Source: Eledone cirrhosa
Lineage: Eukaryota
Assembly (NCBI GenBank): GCA_964016885.1
Contig: OZ024741.1
Coordinates: 100,998,001-101,062,000, forward strand
Direction of reading: 5' to 3'
DNA: 64,000 bases
Shown here one piece after another: positions 13,606 through 27,262 of the stretch (its first letter is position 1; the number at the start of each line of letters is the position of its first letter). The notes beneath the pieces were generated by a model, which ran no database searches, was not told where the DNA came from, and saw only the letters and a program-made list of their open reading frames with translations. Both the position numbers and the translations under genes were made by a program.

Positions 13606-14155
13606 ACTAGCTGAGGTACCCAGCTTCGCCCGGGTAAACAGATAAGAGAAGACAGATAGAAGAGAAAATGACTGTATTGGATGTTTGTCTAGTTTACAGC
13701 ATGAGGCGAGACCGTGGTGTGAGTGTGTTACAAAAAAATAAACAGTAAAAAACATCTTACAGATACACCAGATTGCTCGTTTTACTGTTAGTGCATAGTA
13801 TATGAAGATTTCTAGGTGTTTCCACTCTTGAACAACCTACATATAACTGTCCATGGCTAAAAAGCGATTCTCTTGTATTCAATCCAACAACTTTAAAACT
13901 CTGAGCCTGAGCTTTATGTACGGTCATAGTAAAACTGGCTCTAACAGGGAACTAAAGTCTTGAGAATTTGAATGGCAGCTCGGTAAAGGAAGGGATAAGA
14001 GGAATCTTGGAAATAAATGCATTTTCTTCTTGATGATTGTCTCCAAGAATAGTTACCTCTAGAAGATGGTTCATCATTATCATGGCTGTAAAGTGTGTGC
14101 CATTGCATAGAAGTAGCGGGTCCATATTTCTCAAAAGGATGATGGAAGTTCCAAT
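13606..14155 (-). mobile_element. Helitron 3' fragment (PIF1-like helicase C-terminus and 3' hairpin-CTAG end)
   Basis: LLRNMDPLLLCNGT...IPLIPS...LPFKFSRL*FPV...TVHKAQAQS...FSHGQLYVGCSRV; terminus acccgggcgaagctgggtacctcagCTAG. Confidence 0.85.
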
Positions 14156-14869
14156 ATTTTATATGTACATATAGATATAATTGTATATAAATGTGTGTGT
14201 GTGTGGGGGGGGGGGAGACTGTGCGCGCACGTGTGCGTATGTGTGCATGTGTGTGTAAATCAGCGTTTAATTCTCCGTGTATCTGATTACATATTTAGGT
14301 GAAGATGTGTGTGTATGTAACTTATTAAGACGTAACGTACGTAACGAACATGCAGACACACACACACACTCTCACAGACACAGACACACTCATATACAAA
14401 ATGTGACGTGGTCATCGTGTTATAAAATATCCGTTTACTTACAGTTGTCTATAGTAGATTATTTTAGATAGTGTTATATTGCAGAGAGACAGAGAGACAA
14501 AGGGTTTTAATATATATAGAGATAATGATGATTTCTACTTTAAGTTCAAGACCAATAATTTTGGAGGAAGGAGGAAGTTGTTTAAATCGACCCTAGTACT
14601 TGAATGGTACTTTATTATAACCTCAGAATGATGAAAAAGAGTTGACCTCGACGAGATTTGAACTTAGAACGTAGAATGTCGTATCTAAAACCCCGCAAAG
14701 CATTTTGTCTGATGCTCTACTGATATTGCTAATACATCACCCTTATAGAATCACATCATGGTTATTTTCCTTTAACTTCATCTAATCCCCAGACAAAATT
14801 ATTCACGCCATTTACTTTACTTTTTCACCATGTGTGAGTCTTTCTCTCTCTATATATACATATACACAT

Positions 14870-14956
<87 letters not shown>

Positions 14957-15232
14957 AAAATACACCCAGTACCACAAACAACGGTCTTCCTCACATTCCA
15001 GCAGAATCTGTTTTGTGGAATTCGCTTCCTGTTTATATATTCATATTAAGTAAACTTTGACCTTTTCATTGGAATATTAAAAACTACCCCCCCCCCCCTC
15101 ACTTCCATTCATTCAACTCTACCAATACTGGAACACTTCAACAAAATGTGGGCTCTGCACTTCTTTCTGTTTTGGATCAATTAGAATTAGATAGAGGGGA
15201 TGTATGTGAAGGAGAGATAGATAGATAGATAA

Positions 15233-15308
<76 letters not shown>

Positions 15309-15702
15309 TGAGTGAGGGCGGAGAGAGAAAGAGAATGAGGGTGAGAGAGAGAATTGCTGTGAAGACAAGAATATTTTTCCCTACAGTATGTAAATACTAC
15401 GGGTACTTACACACACACATACATACATACATACATACATACATACATACATACATACATACATACATACATACATACATACATACACACACAAATATAT
15501 ACACACACACATATAATAAGTACCCGTAGTATTTACATCCATACATGTACTCATGACTCGCTGTTTGGTCTACAGTTGAAATTTCGGGTCAAAAGGGTTC
15601 GTTCACCATACTACCCACATCACACACCACAGATCGTCGCATTCATAACAAACCTTAAACAGATGGAATGACATTATTTAAACCATTATTATTATCATCA
15701 TC

Positions 15703-15737
<35 letters not shown>

Positions 15738-15861
15738 AAAAAGTCCTATTCCATTCAAATATAACATAAACAAATAAACAAGACGTTCATAATAACAGGA
15801 AGAAGGGTATAAGATTCTTATGAATAATGAATATTTTTGTTGTTGAGAAATAATGTACTGT

Positions 15862-15942
<81 letters not shown>

Positions 15943-17532
15943 TATATAAATATATATATATATACAGTACATTATTTCTCAACAACAAAAATATTCATTA
16001 TTCATAAGAATCTTTAATAAAAATAAAAATAAAACAAAACAAAACAAAAATATAACAAATAATGATGGAATGTCATTTATCCACCCGCCCCACCCGTTTT
16101 TATTTTAGGGTATGGCGGTTAAGTTTATATTTTTCTCGAACTTTTCGCTTTCCGGGGGAAATAAAAATAAAATAAACTGAGAAGTATTTCCTTCTAAGTA
16201 CATTTATTATCTGAAATTTCAGTTCAAAGTTATTTTATATTTCTAACATAAGGGCCATAGGCGGGCGACTGAAAGGGCCAACCCATATTATCATACACTT
16301 GCTTAGAGTTTTTCCCTTTCATTTTATTTTTGGCTTACACACATACACACAAGCATACGCACACACACACAGACACACACACACATACACACACACATAC
16401 ATGCACACACAAACACACATATTCACCCACACACACACACACACTCACACACGCACACACTCACATTCACACATGCACACACATTCACGTACACACACAC
16501 ACATGCTGTTATGCTAAGATAAACATACACTAACAGGTCACATACATACACACGCATACACGTAGATAAATAGATAGATGACAGGATAAACATACACATA
16601 CACATGTATAAAATAAATTTTGATGTCTGTCTGTCTGTCTGTATGTATGTATATACGTATGTATGTATGTATGTATGTATGTGTGTGTGTGTCTGTGTGT
16701 ATGTGTCTGTGTGTGTACGTGCGCGCATTACTATATATCCTTTATATCTAATAAAATGCATGCAAATATTTTCCAGGTGTGTATGTGTATGTAAAGACCA
16801 ACACACACGCAAGCACACACACACGCGCAGACAAACACTCACACACGCACGCATGCACGCACACACACACACATACCCACGCAGACAAATACATACATAC
16901 ACACAAGTACGCACACGCGCACACACACACATCCATTGTCTTTTGCCCTCATTATAAATAAGCTAATAGAATACAGTCAGTACTTTAGAAGAACAAGCAT
17001 GTAGGTGTCAGTGAAAACAGCCAAGTTATAAAAACTACTAGGTCTTTCTTTAATTCTGCTCTAATCATCTGATTCCCTTTGATGTTGTCGCTTTGATTTA
17101 TCGACAGGCGGAAATATTATTAGTAAATGTTCTCAATAATAATAAGAAGAAAGGAAAAAATGAAAAATTAACACTTATCTGTTAATACACCTCTATTTCT
17201 CTATCGCTTTGATTCTCATAGCGTATCTTCACAACATAGGACGATAAACAAGAAGCTGGAATTCCGCATTCCCTTTGGTTTTCTTACAAAGCTTATTATT
17301 ATGACTCCAGCAAGCACTACGAGAATGCTGATAGCGTTTCCTAGTGAAGAGTCGCAGCTACTATATAGAAGAATAGAACAAGGTAACAAGTAGAACTTCA
17401 ATTCATAGAATCTTATTCCTAACCAAGATAAAGGAGTCAACCTAAGTACAATATTTGATCTCAGTTGATGGAGTTTATTTTTCGTGAAAAATAAAAAAGA
17501 AAAGAAATAAGAAAACAATCTCCCTTTCTTCC

Positions 17533-17580
<48 letters not shown>

Positions 17581-17581
<1 letters not shown>

Positions 17582-17750
17582 CGAAGGAAATGTGGTAAGG
17601 AACCAGATGGACCATAACGCACCAAAGTACTCAATACTTAGGGTAGGTAGTAGAGTGGGTAATAGGAACGAGTAGGACCCCGACGGCTGAGCTCAAGCCG
17701 TTTCGACGGCTAAACGGTTTGAGCTCAGCCGTCGGGGTCCTACTCGTTCC

Positions 17751-17753
<3 letters not shown>
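17581..17753 (-). mobile_element. Penelope-like terminal-repeat family with fold-back hairpin (other copies 18137-18265, 49066-49235, 60049-60226)
   Basis: Four ~130-bp similar copies, each abutting (TA)n. They carry the 3' half of an HHR (GAAACGGC...GCCGTC-GGGGTC); two copies form long inverted repeats. Confidence 0.65.
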
Positions 17754-17801
<48 letters not shown>

Positions 17802-18404
17802 TGGTGGTGGTGGTGGTGGTGGTGGGGTGGTGGTGGGGTGGGGGTATATATATAAGCACTCACACACACACACACATGCACACACGAAAGACGAATTGGC
17901 AGAATCGGGAGAACATTGGATAGAATGTTTTGCGGAATTCGCTGCGACTCTCAGTGCTCTGAGCTCAAATCACACCCAGATCAACTTTGTCTTTCATCCT
18001 TCGAGATCCCGAAATAAAGTAATAATCCAACACTGAGGTTGATTCATCCTCTTTCTCTTTTTTCTTCATCTCTCTTTCTTCCTTTAGAAGAAATTGGCTA
18101 TGTTCAAACCTGGAGAAGCCCATATATATATATATAACGAAGGAGTTGTGGTAAGGAACCAGATGGACCATAACGCACCAGAGTACTCAATACTTAGAGT
18201 AGTAGAGTGGGTAATAGGAAAAAGTATGACCCCGACGGCAGTGCTCAAGCCGTTTCGACGGCTATTTCTGGACTTTTTCCTATATATATATATATGGTAA
18301 TAATAAATGTGAAGACTAAAATCCAAAGAGGGCTCGATAAGGATAAATGTATATCAAATATATAAGAACCCTAGAGCAAATTAATCTGTTATTTTAATAA
18401 ATAT

Positions 18405-19304
18405 ATATATATATATAAAGTTATAGTTCCTGTCTGTTTGTTTGTTTGTTTGTTCACGAATTCCTCCTATGGTTTTGGAGATAAACCCCATAACCATATA
18501 TATTGTGAAACTACATTTCCCAGGGTACTTGGATAAGTAAATTTCATTTTAATCAAAGGGTTCCCCGGGGGCACAAACCCCCGCTGAAAAGTTTTTCCCT
18601 TCGATTTATTTGAAATTTAAATCATAGGTAAATGACAAGATATGATGCCTATTCACAAAATTTCAGCAAAATTTCAATAATATTAAGATACCCTAAAATT
18701 ATTTACAAGAAACAAAATAAGAATAAGATTAAATAATGTAATTTTGATTTGATATATTACAAAAAATAATTGTTTCTACTTTTGGCACAAGGCCAGCAAT
18801 TAACCAGTGCAATTAACCAGTGCATTACTGGTAATTTATTTTATCGACCCCGTAAGGATGAAAGGCAAATTTAACCTCGGCGGGATTTGAACTCAGTCCG
18901 TAAAGCATGGCGTCCGACCCTCTACCGATACTGCCAATTCACCACCTTACAAAAAATAATTGTTTCTGCTTTTGGCACAAGGTCAGCAATTACCCAGTGT
19001 ATTACTGGTTCTTTATTTTATCGACCCCATAAGGATGAAAGGCAAAGTTAACCTCGGCGGGATTTGAACTCAGAATGGCAAGGGCCGTAACACTATGCGT
19101 CAAAGCATGGCGTCCGACCCTCTACCGATACTGCCAATCCACAAAAATAATGTTTTCCAATTTTTCATGCCTTACATTTTACATTGAGTAATATTGAAAT
19201 GCAGAGTTTTTCTCCATAAATTACATCACTGATTTAAAATCAATCATCATTTTCTTACAAAAAAAAATGTATGAAACGCAGCAAGACGCGGGTAATTCGG
19301 TTAG
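18405..19304 (+). mobile_element. Non-autonomous Helitron-like element containing two tandem SINEs
   Basis: 5' tatataaag...ctgtctgtttgtttg and 3' cgcagcaagacgcgggtaattcggTTAG end. Confidence 0.5.
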
Positions 19305-19335
<31 letters not shown>

Positions 19336-19374
19336 CATATTTTCACTAGCTCTGACAGTTGGCAAGTGAACAGT

Positions 19375-19424
19375 GAACTGTACTGATGAAGGGTAATACC
19401 CAGAAACATTAGTGTCTGCAGTTC
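19375..19424 (+). ncRNA. Type I hammerhead ribozyme motif heading a Penelope-like terminal repeat (19325-19552; partial second copy 60565-60690)
   Basis: gaactgta-CTGATGA-aGGGT aat ACCCa-GAA-ACA ttag TGT-C-tgcagttc. 8-bp stem I, GUC at 19414-19416. Confidence 0.8.
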
Positions 19425-19548
19425 TGTTTACATGCCAACACAAGAGCAAGAATGAGGGGCTCATTCTACTGACATGGCTTTAAAAATGAGGCTTGTTTGC
19501 ATAATTGCAAACGAATCGAATATTATTATTAATATTCGAAAAACTCAG

Positions 19549-19656
<108 letters not shown>

Positions 19657-19719
19657 TGTGTGTAAGTGTACGTACATACGTATGTAAGTATATATATATA
19701 TATATATGTATGTATATAG

Positions 19720-19900
19720 GTGCACCCCAGTGGTGCATGACTTCATTGAATCGGCCGGCACCTATACGTAGCCGATTCAGGGAGACCCACTCCCCCCGTG
19801 AGAGGTTATCACCTGGTGGGATGGCTGTATTAGGGTTGGCAATCAGTTGAACCGGTCGTGATGTCTGCTGCCAGCTAGCTCTCCACTTCTGAAGCATGTT
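19720..19900 (-). mobile_element. Ingi/Vingi-like LINE 3' fragment
   Basis: [32 protein letters not shown]. Confidence 0.55.
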
Positions 19901-19969
19901 GAAATTTGAGTATCGCTGCTTTATTTCTGCACTTACGCACCATCAACTTTTGTAAGTGATTTATACTAT

Positions 19970-20233
19970 CCTGATAGAACTGAGGGTCTTGAGAATTTAA
20001 CATGGCAAACAAGCCTGATAGAACTGAGGGACTTGAGAATTTAACATGGCAAACAAGCCTGATAGAACTGAGGGACTTGAGAATTTAACATGGCAAACAA
20101 GCCTGATAGAACTGAGGGACTTGACAATTTAACATGGCAAACAAGCCTGATAGAACTGAGGGACTTGAGAATTTAACATGGCAAACAAGCCTGATAGAAC
20201 TGAGGGTCTTGAGAATTTAACATGGCAAACAAG
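19970..20233. repeat. Minisatellite, 6 x 44 bp, near-identical
   Basis: Unit cctgatagaactgagggacttgagaatttaacatggcaaacaag. Confidence 0.95.
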
Positions 20234-20239
20234 CCGTTT

Positions 20240-21315
20240 TTACATCATTAATGGTCTCAAATTGGTTACCTTAAACATTTTTTGTTTAAGTTTAGGAAAT
20301 AAGAAAAAAATCAAAAGTTGCTAAATCAGGATTGTAGGGTGGATATCGAAAAATTTCGCATCAAAATTCCTGCAAGGTTCCCCTTATTTGATGAGAGGAA
20401 TGGAAAAGAACTCTCTGATGAAGTTTTCCAGGGCGTTTTTCTGCTAAATTTCTGGTTAATTTGTGTTCAAAACTTTTTCATAATAAGCAGGTCTTACTGT
20501 TTTTCTTCTCTCTAAGAATTCAACTAACGAAATGCCTTCAGCATCCCAAAAGACTGTTGCCATAACTTTTCTTCCTGTACGGTTCACTCTAGCTTTGACC
20601 GACCTCTTTCCACCTTTGGGTAACCATTGCTTTAATTGAGCCTTGTCTTCAGAATCGTATTGGTAAACCACATTTTGTCTCTCTTATGGGTTTTGATCCG
20701 ACTTGTTTAAAATTTCTAACGAAAGCTCTGCTCTTGTTTGTTGTTGATCCGGACGCAACAGTCTTGGCACCCTGCAGGCAGAAAGTTTCCTCAGTTTTAA
20801 TTTATCAATTAAAATTGTGTGAACTTAGCCAACTGAGATGTCTAGGGTGTGAGCTATTTTTTCTGCTGTTAATCGTCGGTCACCATCAATTAAATCTCGA
20901 ATAACATCGATTTTCTTTCTTTAAAAACTAATGTTGATGGTCTGCTGGTCTGTTCATCATCTTCAACTCCATCTCGCCCTTCTTTGAAACGAGTTATCCA
21001 TTTGTAAATTGCTGATTTTTAAAAGGAAGTAGCTCTATAAACATTTCTCAAAGCATCAATAATGTGCCTTTTCTCCCAACTAAGTTTAGCCATAAATTTG
21101 ATTTTGGTTCTTGCTTCAGTTTTGACAGAAGAAATGTTACTTTAAGTGTGGTTGTTTTTAAGATGGTATAAACTTCAATCTATTAGTTCAAATTACTTCT
21201 GGATCACACACGTTAGAACACATATGTACATGTTTAAGTTACTGCAGACAAATAGCAAAATATTTACATAGTGTCCTTATAAAATACATTTTCCTCGAAC
21301 TTTTTGAATAACCCT

Positions 21316-21317
<2 letters not shown>
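20240..21317 (-). mobile_element. Degenerate mariner transposon (Hsmar2/irritans-like)
   Basis: QYDSEDKAQLKQWLPKGG...KVMATVFWDAEGI. TIR-like caagggttattcaaaaagttc at ~21296-21316. Multiple stops. Confidence 0.75.
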
Positions 21318-21339
<22 letters not shown>

Positions 21340-21376
<37 letters not shown>

Positions 21377-21501
21377 TATATATATAGTGTATATATATAG
21401 TGTATATATATAGTGTATATATATAGTGTGTATATATATATATATATATATAGTGTATATATATAGTGTGTGTATATATATATATATAGTGTATATATAT
21501 A

Positions 21502-21559
<58 letters not shown>

Positions 21560-21662
21560 TATATATAGTGTATATATATATATATAGTGTATATATATAG
21601 TGTATATATATATATAGTGTATATATATATATATAGTGTATATTATATAGTGTATATATATA

Positions 21663-21698
<36 letters not shown>

Positions 21699-21886
21699 TT
21701 TATATATATATGTGTATATATATATAGTGTATATTATATATATATAGTATATATATATAGTGTATATATATAGTGTATATATATATATATATATATAGTG
21801 TATATATATATATAGTGTATATATATATATATATATTTATATATATACATTATATATAGTGTATATATATATATATATATATAGTG

Positions 21887-21935
<49 letters not shown>

Positions 21936-21970
21936 ATATGTATATATATATGTATATATATATATGTATA
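21340..21970. repeat. Compound (TA)n-GTG microsatellite array
   Basis: Repeated tatatagtg units with variable TA runs. Confidence 0.9.
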
Positions 21971-22855
21971 TACGAGGTGTGTCTGAAAAGTTCCAGGACT
22001 GATGTCAAAAAAGATTCATTTCAAACCTAAACTTCCCACTAAGAGTTTTCTCCTTCAAAGTCATCCCCCTGGAGTCTAATACACCTTTCCATCCTTTTCT
22101 GCCACGCTTGCATGCACTCCTGGAAGGATTCTTCCGGGATCCTCCGCAGTTCCGTCGTCACGGCCTTTTTGATGTCGTCCACGTCTTCAAAACGGATCCC
22201 CTTGATGACTCCCTTGAGCTTGGGGAATAGGAAAAAATCACACGGATAAAGTTAGGGGGGGGGGGTTCTCCAACACGGCGATGTTCTTCTTGGCCAGGAA
22301 CTGTCGGATGCTCAGGGCATAGTGAGCAGGCGCGTTGTCATGGTGAAGCAGCCACGAGTTGTCCTGCCACAACTCTCGCATCTTTTCACGCACTGAACGA
22401 AGCAAACGCTGCAGTATCTCTTTGTAGACATGTTGGTTGATCGTCTGGCCCAGTGGCAAGAACTCGCAGTGGACGATCCCCCTCACATCGAAGAATGTGA
22501 TCAACATGACCTTTGGACTTCGACTGTCGTGCTTTCTTCGGCCTTGGCGACGACGGACGCTTCCACTGAAGGCACTGGCGTTTGGTTTCTGGGTCGCACT
22601 CGAAGATCCATGACTCATCACCGGTGATGACTGTCCCTAGCAAGTCTGGTTCGGTTTCAAGACGCCCGAGGATGTCCTGGCACACTTGCATGCGTCGACA
22701 CTTCTGGTCATCGTTCAGCAGTTTTGACACCATCTTCGCGCAGACTTTCCGCATGTCCAAATCTTCAGTGAGAATCTTCCAAACACTATCCCGATTCATG
22801 CCCAGCTCATTTGCCATCAGTCGAACAGTCAGCCGACGATCTCTGCGCACCATCT
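21971..22855 (-). mobile_element. Mariner transposon, 5'-truncated and frameshifted
   Basis: RRLTVRLMANEL...ITGDESWIFECDPETKRQ...KVMLITFFDVRGIVH...HHDNAPAH; TA-cgaggtgtgtctgaaaagtt TIR. Confidence 0.9.
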
Positions 22856-23275
22856 GTACTTACAGACGTAAATCTATACTTACAGACGTAAAATGGCAAC
22901 TGCCTGGTGCCTAGACAAGTTTAAATTTCAAAATTCAAACCTTTTCAGCAGATCGGGCGGAACTTCAAAACGTAAACCTGTTTCACAAGGGATGTTATAC
23001 TAATGAAATAATTAATTAATTACGGAACAACTATTTATAAAATAATTATTAGCAAAGTAATCAATTTTCTGTGATCTTCGGTAGGCACCCAGAAATTAAA
23101 ATCACTTCTCCTAAGATAATAACTTAAGACTGATCTGTCGCAAGCCTAATACATGTGCTTTTGCACACGACCTTCTCAGCATTCTGGCTCATATCCATGG
23201 CGCTAGAAATAGCAGCCGTGAATATGTGATTATGAATTCAGCTCACCGTAGGAGCAGTTTAATTTCAGTTTACTG

Positions 23276-23329
<54 letters not shown>

Positions 23330-24219
23330 AACAAGGGGAGAAGAATACTGCATAGTTGCACATGGATTACATATTATAAAATTAGTCCCTCATCAGTGAT
23401 TTGCCAACCGTCATTGGTATTTCATCGCATAGAGAGAGAGAGAGAGAGAGGGGGGGGGGGGGCAAGAAAGAGAGTTAGAAATAAAGTATAGAGTAAATTA
23501 TAGCATATATATGTCTTTTACTGTTATGTCCTTCTTACAGTTGTTTTACGGCATCCCTCTCCCTCTTTCTTCATTCTCTTATACTGTCCATTTTTCTCAC
23601 TTTCTCTCTCCTTCATTGATTTTCTTTATCATCTTCTAATTTTCCAACCTCAAAGATGTAATGTTCATAATACCTCTCTTTCTATCATACTCCTATTTTA
23701 CTTCTTATTTCATCGTGACATCTTTTAACCTATCATACCCATCTGTGGAATGCTCAGTCACTTACACGTTAATTTCAGTAGCAGGCTGTTTCGTTGATCG
23801 GCCAATTGGAATACTCATCGTCGGAACCGACGTGGGTCCGTCCCCTTTCATTTTCCATGAGATACCCAAAGGCGGCGAACTGACAGATTCGTTAGAGCAT
23901 CGGATTAAGTACCTCAGTATTTGTTACAGCTCTTTGCGGTCTGAGTTCAAATCTCGTCGAAGTAGCTGTTCAGGGTCAGAGGATTGGAGTGGAGTACGTA
24001 AGAGTTTGCTATCCGACCCGGCTCCATGTTTTCTAAATTTAAATTTCTCCTCCTGCCAGGTGTTGCGACTGGCAGATATTATTAACAACGATAAAATAAA
24101 GTACCAGTAATGCACTGGATAATTGCTGGCCTTGTGCCTAAAGTAGAAACAATTATTAACAATGGAAATTTAGTTTCTTTAGTCAATCTGACACGATCGG
24201 CTCCCACGATCGGCTCCTT

Positions 24220-24346
<127 letters not shown>

Positions 24347-24889
24347 CTGTCTGTCTCTGTCTCTCTTTCTCTCTCTCTCCATCTCTCTCTCCCTCTCTCT
24401 CTTCCAACTGAGATTGACTTTGTCTTTATTTCTTTCGGGGCTCAAACGGACATACACCTTTGCTATAATAAAGTATTCAAGTTTTGCACCAGTAATGCAC
24501 TGGGGTATTTGCTGACCTTGTGCCAAAATTAGAAACAATTATTTCTTGGCTTCGGAATAAAGGACTAAACATTGCCAGAAGGAATATTTTCCCCTTCAGA
24601 TATTAATACTTATCTAATATTTTTTAAATATGAGACCGCGTATGATCTAAACAGAGGAATAGGAAAGTCTTCGAATTACAGCTTATGATGTGGGTATCAT
24701 TTTCTCGAATGTTGAGGTAGGTAAACATTTTCTGTCTCATTGTTCTGTTTTTATGGTGTCTCTTGTTCATGAACGATGTCTATATATCCATATTTATAAA
24801 CAATTTTTTATTTATTTATTTTTGTAGAAACGTCTGCCAGAAGAATAAAATTATTTAATTTTTCATCATTGCCTATTCTACATTGCTAG

Positions 24890-25632
24890 GATGGTGGATT
24901 GGCAGTATCGGTAGGGCGTCAGACACACTGCTTTGCAGCATAGAATTATGGCCCTTTGCGTTTTGGGTTCAAATCCCGCCGTTAGCTTTGCCTTTCATCC
25001 TTACGGGGTCAATAAAATAAAGTACCAGTCACGCACTGGGGTCGATTAAATGGACTTTTCACTTCCCCTAAATTGTGCCTAAAGTAGAAATCATTATTAT
25101 AAGAAGGGCGGCGGATCAGTAGAATTGTTAGAGCGTAAGACAAAATGACACATGGTATTTGTTCCGGCTCTTTACATTCTGGGTTCAAATCCTGTCATGG
25201 TCAACTTTGCCTTTCATCCTAGAGGGGTCGATAAAATAAAATACCAATCAAGCACTGGAGTCGATTTCAATGACTTTCTCCTTCCAACTAAGTGTTGACC
25301 TTGTGCCTAAATTAGAAAATTTGACGCATAGAGTTATGATCTGAGTTCAAATTTATGATCTGAGTTTAACCCCTTCATCCGAGGTTAACCCCTTCATCCT
25401 TACGGGGTCGATAAAATAAAATACCAGTCACGCACTGGGGTCTATTTAATCGACTTTCCCCTCCCCCCAAATTGCTGGCCTTGTGCCTATATAAGAAAGC
25501 ATTATTATATATATAGTTCTGAGTTCAAATCCCGCCGAGGTTAACTTTGCCTTTCATCCTTACGGGGTCGATAAAATAAAGTACCAGTAATACACTGGGT
25601 AATTGCTGGCCTTGTGCCTAACGTAGAAACAA
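24890..25632 (+). mobile_element. Cluster of ~5 copies of the dominant short SINE (many more window-wide, e.g. 2205, 13435, 18765, 18955, 23870, 33220, 34685, 43670-44326, 56565, 57950)
   Basis: Recurrent ggcggtggattggcagtatcggtag...gagttcaaatcccgccgaggttaactttgcctttcatccttacggggtcgataaaataaagtaccag...aaagtagaaacaattatt. Confidence 0.9.
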
Positions 25633-26030
25633 TAATATATATAGGATGTCTCTAAAAATGTATGCACACTTCAACAACATTCTAATAAATATGTGTATAC
25701 ATTTTTTAGGGACACCCTGTATATATGGGGTTATGTATGTATATTCTTTGAAAGTTTCGTTTCTGTGGTAACAATTAATAAGTCAACGAATCAATCAGCC
25801 AACAAGCCGCGTATCAATCTATATGCTGTCAATACATTTTCTATAGGAGCAAACCGGAAGCGGAAATCATACCGGAATTGTCATAGAGTGTTTGGTATAT
25901 GATGAATGTAGGATACAATACAGTTGTTAGAATCATACTATTACATACACTTCTAGTATGCACACACACACACATACATACTATATAATTACAGCTTGTA
26001 CGCATGCAATAAAAAAAGGAAATGGAAGTA

Positions 26031-26097
<67 letters not shown>

Positions 26098-26423
26098 CTT
26101 ACTAATACATCAACATCATACCAGATTATACATTCATACAAACTTTGAATTTCTCTGTTCTCGTCTTATCTATCCATCCATACACCTATCCATACACCCA
26201 TCAATACATACATGTATGCATACATACATATATACATAGATACATACATATACATACACACACATATACTCATACGCACATACACATATACACGTAGAGT
26301 GGTTCACAAACAGTGACACAGGCATATATATTTAGAGTTTGACTCTCGATATCAGAATCCGTCAAGTGTCTATATATGCACCTTCATTTTCTTTCAGACT
26401 AAAGATTTACTGATAGTACAGAG

Positions 26424-26538
<115 letters not shown>

Positions 26539-26553
26539 GTGAAGTGAACTGCA

Positions 26554-26643
26554 ATGGAGTTTCCTCGAACCTTTCAGTTGTTACCATTGATTTCATTATT
26601 TGGTCTGCTGTTTGTCTTCGACGTAGAAACCGCAGAGAATCAG
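26554..26643 (+). CDS. TMIE: TMIE-like gene, coding exon 1 (signal peptide/first hydrophobic segment): MEFPRTFQLLPLISLFGLLFVFDVETAENQ
   Basis: ATG at 26554, 30 open codons with a hydrophobic core, then CAG|GTAAAT donor (phase 0) that joins exon 2 in frame. Possible upstream acceptor ttttctttcag at 26397. Confidence 0.75.
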
Positions 26644-27067
26644 GTAAATATATGACATTTCATATCTCTATAGTGTTCGGTAATTGTTGTTGTCGTCGTT
26701 GCTGTCGCTGTTGTTGTTTAGCTCCTGTATATGAGTCAATTTGCTTCCCATACAAAAACTTCGTAAGAGGGTAGAGTGTCATTTAAGGGACGCTTCGTTG
26801 TTATTTCCATTAAGTTGAGCAGCCATATAATTATTTAAATAGCTCGTTTGCCATGGTTGATGTGTTATTTCGTTATTGTTACTGTTGTTTTTTTTTTTAT
26901 CAAAAGAGTCTGATTGAGCAGACCTCAAGTCGACTCCAAATTGCATTGTTTATATTGTCCCAAAATTACAGCCATCTGATCTTATTATGGTTATCTCCCT
27001 TCATTGTTTTTTTATTTGTTTTTGTTTAGAATTCAAATATACTATAGGGTAGTTGTATCCACTATCT

Positions 27068-27262
27068 CAGACCTTCCAACCTCTAAAAATCCAAACGGGG
27101 AGTACTATGAAAAAAAGTGCCCCAAAACGGGGAGAAATGAGGCAAAATGGGGGAGATTTTACATAATGAAAGCTATACCAATTTTCACAGGAGAAGACTT
27201 TTTCACCTACTCCATAGTGGGCGGGAGATCTCCCCGTCGGACGGGGAGAGTTGACAGGTCTG
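27068..27262. mobile_element. MITE with CAGACCT.CCAAC TIRs and 6-bp TSD (copies 59265-59432 and ~53150-53413)
   Basis: TSD ctatct (27062-27067/27263-27268); TSD cattaa (59259-59264/59433-59438). Confidence 0.85.

Noticed and set aside
19970-20233. CRISPR-like regular repeat
   Set aside because: Units are contiguous with no unique spacers, there are no cas genes, and the context is eukaryotic.
23380-23430. Minus-strand CTGATGA half-motifs (also ~31445-31490)
   Set aside because: The GAAA/stem III half is missing; probably truncated elements, so not counted as ribozymes.
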